From NCBI GenBank assembly GCA_025558095.1, contig JAIVFI010000021.1, positions 62,001 through 126,000 on the forward strand: a stretch of 64,000 bases of DNA, read 5' to 3'. This DNA comes from Hyaloraphidium curvatum SAG 235-1. Taxonomy: Eukaryota; Fungi; Monoblepharomycota. Numbering within the stretch: the first letter of the stretch is position 1; every line of letters begins with the position of its first letter. The notes under the pieces were generated by a model. The model searched no databases. It worked only from the letters and a program-made list of their open reading frames with translations, and had not been told where the DNA came from. Positions 59,653-64,000 of this stretch are shown piece after piece. The translations under genes were made by a program, and so were the position numbers.

Positions 59653-60935
59653 GCCCGCACCCCCCGCTCACGGAACGCCGTGAAGAGCGCATAGCTGTCC
59701 CCCAGCGTCGGGCAGTTCTCCCTCGGCTTGCACCATTCGGGCCCGATGACCTCGTAGATGTCGCTGTGGTGCTCGAAGAAGAACTCGTGCACCTCCAGCT
59801 GCCCGTTGCGGGAGGCGTTCCCCCCGGGGAGCAGCTCCAGGAGGCGCGCCGCAAGCGGGTTCTCCACCGTGGGGGTGTCGATGTCCAGCTTGAAGACGAC
59901 GTACACGTCCGGGCTGCCGGAAACGCCGCGCCGATCGCCCGGGGACGGCTTAGATCCGAGCATCCGGTGCAGGTGGCCCACCCTGCCCCGCAGCGCCGCG
60001 ATCGCGTTGTACTCCTTCCCGTCCGCGTCGGCCCACGCCGCCGGCACCGGCATCCTCGCCACGGGCACGTTGAAGTACTGGTACCCGCCCAGCAGCTCCG
60101 CCGGCACGTCCTTGAAAACCCGCTCCGGCCGGTGCTCCTTGGCCTCCCACATCGCCATGGAGGAGATCTCCATGCCGAGTGTTTCGTACACGCCCGGAAA
60201 CAGGCCCTGCGAGGTTCCCCACGACTCCTTCGGCGCGCCGTTGGAAGCGTAGAGCGTCGCGCCGAGGTCAAAGTACAGCGCCGTGCGCGGGCGCGGCGGT
60301 ACGGGGACGTCCCGCAGCGCGCCGTCCGTCCGCCGGTCGAAGAGGAGGTAGCTCGTGTCGATGAGGCCCAGCCGGGTGCGCGAAAAGCAATGGTACGGGT
60401 GGCGCAGGTGCCCGACCAGGGGTTCAATGAAAGCCCCGACCTCTGTCCCCTCTCCCTGGCCATCCACAACCGAGTAGACGAGCTTCGACATGACAGGGTG
60501 CTCCCCAGCGTCCTCCGTCCACAGCGGATCCCAGTCCCCCCCTTCTCCGCCGCGCTGATCGGCCACAACCCCCTTCATCCACTGGCTCATGTTCCACGGC
60601 ATCTCCCACGGCATCCTCCTCCCCACGAACTCGAGCATCTCGCCCGCCCGCGCCGCATCGCGATCCCGCCACAGCCGCCTGCACACGGGCAGCTTGTCCG
60701 GTTCCCGGGCCAGCTTCGCGTATTCTTCCGACGCGACGAACGATGTCCATTCGCGCTCCCAAGTCGAGGGGACGTAACGCGCGAAGCGCCACTCGGGCGC
60801 GACGAGTGGCGGGTCGGAGGTCCGCGGGCGCACGGTGGGGGGAGCGGGCGGGCCCGCGGCGGGGATCAGGAAAGCCGCCGCGGGGAGCAGCACGAGGAGT
60901 GCCGCGAGCGCCATCATGAGGCGATGGGGCTCCAT
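59637..60935 (-). CDS. Membrane-anchored FkbM-like putative methyltransferase (paralog 1)
   Basis: N-terminal TM; ALYFDLGAT, MWEA, YVVFKLDIDT..E, VHEFFFEHH, RGVRAHAW. Confidence 0.7.
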   Translation of the reverse strand: MEPHRLMMALAALLVLLPAAAFLIPAAGPPAPPTVRPRTSDPPLVAPEWRFARYVPSTWEREWTSFVASEEYAKLAREPDKLPVCRRLWRDRDAARAGEMLEFVGRRMPWEMPWNMSQWMKGVVADQRGGEGGDWDPLWTEDAGEHPVMSKLVYSVVDGQGEGTEVGAFIEPLVGHLRHPYHCFSRTRLGLIDTSYLLFDRRTDGALRDVPVPPRPRTALYFDLGATLYASNGAPKESWGTSQGLFPGVYETLGMEISSMAMWEAKEHRPERVFKDVPAELLGGYQYFNVPVARMPVPAAWADADGKEYNAIAALRGRVGHLHRMLGSKPSPGDRRGVSGSPDVYVVFKLDIDTPTVENPLAARLLELLPGGNASRNGQLEVHEFFFEHHSDIYEVIGPEWCKPRENCPTLGDSYALFTAFRERGVRAHAWI

Positions 60936-61231
60936 CGGCCCGTTTCGTGCCTGGGGTTGTTTGAGGATTTCGTTTCCGGCCCAGCCGCCTCCCACCGTCC
61001 CTCAAGGACGCAGGACGACCACTGCCCATCCCACGTCGGATTCCGATTGGACCTCCCGAGAAAGGATGAGATGGATCGGAAAGGCAGTTTCGTGACCGTT
61101 GCGGATGCGCCGTGTGCGGACAGTTATGATGGAAGTCGGACCGCCTTGGAGACCAATGTCGCTCCGACACACCACGCATACCACGAACTACAGTCGACAG
61201 ATGACAGAGCAAGCCAGCAGCGCGCCCTCCC

Positions 61232-62569
61232 TCACACCCACGCATGCGCCCGCACACCCCGCTCCCTGAACGCCTTGAAAAGGGCGTAGCTGTCCGCGAG
61301 AGGACGGCAGCTTTCCCTTGGAATGCACCACAGAGGCCCGATCACGTCGAAGATGTTTGTGTGGTGCTCGAAGAAGAACTCGTGCACCTCGAGCCCCCCG
61401 CCGCTGGAGGCGTTGCCCCTGGGGAGCAGTTCCAGCAGCCGCGCCGCCAAAGGGTTCTCGATCGACGCCGTGTCGATGTCCAGCTTGAAGACCACGTACA
61501 CCTCGGGGCTCCCGGTGACACCCCGATGCTCGCCTCCCGGCATGGTGGCGCGGTCCGTCCCGAGCATCCGGCGTAGCTCGTCGAGCTTGCCCCGCAGCGC
61601 GGCGATCGCATTGTACTCCATGCCGTCCTTGGCGGCCCAGGGTTCCGGCGCCGGAATCCGCGCCACGGGCACGTTGAAGTACTGATAGCCCCCGAGCACC
61701 TCGGCAGGCACGTTTGCAAAGACCTCGCCCGGCTTGTGCTCGCTCGCCTCCCACATCGTCATGGACGAGAAGGGGATGCCGAGGCTGCGGTACATGCCCG
61801 GGAACCACCCCTGCGAGGAACCCCAGATGTCCGCCTCGGCGCTGGGGTCGGGGAAAAGCGTCGCGCCGAGGTCGAAGTACAGCGCCGCCCGCGGCCGCGG
61901 GGGAACCGGGACGCCATCCGAGCCTTTCGAGGGGTCCGTTCGCCGGTCCAGGATGAGGTAGCTCGTGTCGAGGACCCCGTGAACGTCTAACGTGAGGTGG
62001 CCGGCCATGACACCCGTGGCGCTGCAGTGGTACGGGTGACGCAGGTGCCCGACAAGAGGTTCGATAAAGGCCGCGACCTCCATCTCTCCTCCCTGGCCGT
62101 CCTCGATCGCGTAGACGAGCTTGGACATGACGCGGTGCTCCGCCGTGTCCCTCGTCCACAGCGGCTCCATCGCCTCTGTCCGCGGAACGTAAACCGGCCC
62201 CTCCAACCACGCGCTCAGGTTCCACGATGCTCCGCCGGGCATCCTCCGCCCCACGAACTCGGCCGCTTGCCGCGCTTTGGCCATCTCGCGCGGTCTCCGC
62301 ATCCTCGCGCAAACGTGCAGCCCGTCCGGCTCGATTCTCATTAGCCGCACGAACTCGTCCGAATTGGCCCACGCGGTCCATTCGCGCTCCCACGCCGACG
62401 GGATGTAGCGCACGAACCGCCATTGCGGCGCGCGGGGGATGATGTCCGCCGGGCGGGCGCACGAAGCGGCGGGCGCCGGAGCGTCCGCGGGGGCCCGCAG
62501 CACCGAACAGGTGGAGAGCAGCACGAAGAGCGCCGCCCCGAGAGCCGGGAGAGTGCCGTGGCGCCACAT
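61232..62569 (-). CDS. Membrane-anchored FkbM-like putative methyltransferase (paralog 2)
   Basis: Same motif set as paralog 1, with long near-identical stretches (FIEPLVGHLRHPYHC; GGYQYFNVPVAR). Confidence 0.7.
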   Translation of the reverse strand: MWRHGTLPALGAALFVLLSTCSVLRAPADAPAPAASCARPADIIPRAPQWRFVRYIPSAWEREWTAWANSDEFVRLMRIEPDGLHVCARMRRPREMAKARQAAEFVGRRMPGGASWNLSAWLEGPVYVPRTEAMEPLWTRDTAEHRVMSKLVYAIEDGQGGEMEVAAFIEPLVGHLRHPYHCSATGVMAGHLTLDVHGVLDTSYLILDRRTDPSKGSDGVPVPPRPRAALYFDLGATLFPDPSAEADIWGSSQGWFPGMYRSLGIPFSSMTMWEASEHKPGEVFANVPAEVLGGYQYFNVPVARIPAPEPWAAKDGMEYNAIAALRGKLDELRRMLGTDRATMPGGEHRGVTGSPEVYVVFKLDIDTASIENPLAARLLELLPRGNASSGGGLEVHEFFFEHHTNIFDVIGPLWCIPRESCRPLADSYALFKAFRERGVRAHAWV

Positions 62570-63516
62570 GGCCGCTTTCCGGCGCGATGCTGGCCGTTGG
62601 TCCGATGGGGCAATCGGGGGTCGCCACGGTGGTCCCACGGGCGGCCTACTGACTGGCGGCGGATTATGCGCTCACCCCGCACAACGCCCAATGCAGAGCA
62701 GGCGGGCTTCAAGGCGGGCATTTCAGTAGCTGCGATGTACAACGGGATTCTTCTGGACGCACTGGACAGGACGCAGCCGATGGGTCCACTTTTCCAGACC
62801 AACGGCGCCAATGTCCAATTAACTAGGAGCTCACACTTTGCTCTTGAGAGAATCCTGGCCTCAAACGAGCAGAAAGGGAGAGAAGCGCGATTCGACGGCC
62901 GCATCCGGGGAAGCATGGACCTTGCCTGGGTCCTCGGGCCAGAATTTGAACTCGGGTTTCTCCCGCAGGATGGCGAGAAACTTGGCGGCGCGAGAAGGGT
63001 GATGACGGCCCGGTATCGGCACGAGGATCTGAAACGTTGGCACGTCGGCCTCTAACGGCCTCTATCGCTTGGGAGGCGAGCTTCGTGCGGCGATGTTTGA
63101 TCTCTCGGACGGGACGTGAGCGACGTACAACCCGACGATCGGGAGCGAGCACCGGACGAAATGCTCCTGGCCTTGGGCTTGGACACTGGAGTAGCGGCGA
63201 TCGGTTCCGCGGAAACGATTGTGCTTGGGGCGCGGTGAAGAGTTCAGCGGAAAGACACGTCAGAGCTCGCGGTGATGATTAGGGTCCCGTTCTATCCATC
63301 GAGGTCGCAAATCACATGGGATCAATCAATGTGAAATCCATAGTTATCTGTATCCGCATTGGAACTGCTTCTCGCTCAGGAGCGCGAGTGGCTGCGGAGT
63401 TTCCAAAGGGGCTCGGGCCACCCGCGCCGCCTCCGTCGGCCACAACAACAGACCACGCGGCCCGAATCCCAAACACCTCTCCGCCCCATCTCCGACCGCC
63501 GGCCGCACCGGGCACC

Positions 63517-64000
63517 ATGCCCGCCCCGCCGCTCCAGTCGGCGCCGGGCGGCGAGCCCAACCCGCTCCCCCCCTTCCTCCGCGCCCGCTACGAGTGGTCC
63601 GAGACGCTCGGCAACGGCGCCTACGGTACCGTCTTCAAGGCGCGCCAGGTGTCGACGGGCCGCAGCGTGGCTATTAAGCACCTCAGCAACATCTTTGTGG
63701 ACCGCATTCGGGCGCGGAGGGCGCTCCGGGAGATTGTCCTGCTCACGCACCTGCACGGGCACGACAATGTGGGTGGCCCGCGCACTTGGGGCATCCCGCC
63801 GAGCGCCCGGCCCAACCTCCTTCCAAACAGATTGTGCGCATTCTGGACGTCGAGCTGCCGCCCGGCCGGGCCTGGACGGACGTCTTCGTTGTGCTGGAGC
63901 TCATGGAGACGGACCTCCACGCCATTATCAAGTCGGGCCAGAACCTGAGCGACCAGCACCTGCAGTACTTCATCTACCAGACCGTGCGCGGGCTCAAGTA
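63517..64000 (+). CDS. MAP kinase (Slt2/Mpk1- or Fus3-like), 5' part, truncated by the window end
   Basis: LGNGAYGTV, VAIKHL, RALREIVLL..HGHDN|IV, ELMETDLHAIIKSGQ..QHLQYFIYQ. Confidence 0.9.

Noticed and set aside
62667-63055. Short + strand ORF (MYNGILLDALDRTQP...)
   Set aside because: Could be a gene fragment, but no motif or other support.

Overview
High-GC, gene-dense eukaryotic DNA with many short (mostly ~50-70 nt) GT-AG introns and at least two GC-AG introns. The gene content (Opi1, Nte1, kexin, EF-hand MscS, Slt2-like MAPK, yeast-type ADH) points to a fungus, probably an early-diverging chytrid/monoblepharid-like lineage (inference). Most long ORFs in the track are GC-rich shadow frames, so I rebuilt gene models by hand across introns; exon boundaries are manual predictions. 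About 35 genes are supportable: lipid metabolism (thiolase, NTE1, ACOT13, CPT/EPT, a PTS1 acyl-CoA ligase, Opi1), mitochondrial proteins, kinases, several F-box proteins, three clear local paralog pairs and several glycan-modifying enzymes. The most notable items are: (1) a gene at 56694-57715 resembling the meiotic telomere protein TERB2 at both ends; (2) a broken F-box/LRR gene containing a 754-bp insert with a divergent, possibly viral kinesin fragment, next to an intronless bacterial-type RlmJ-like methyltransferase; (3) a HIG1 + CX9C fusion gene; (4) a bacterial-architecture GSDH-NPCBM-Ig secreted protein with introns; (5) a kexin ending in a GPI-type signal; (6) a PIF/Harbinger-like MITE with a 3-bp TSD. 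All family assignments come from motif recognition from memory, not database searches.
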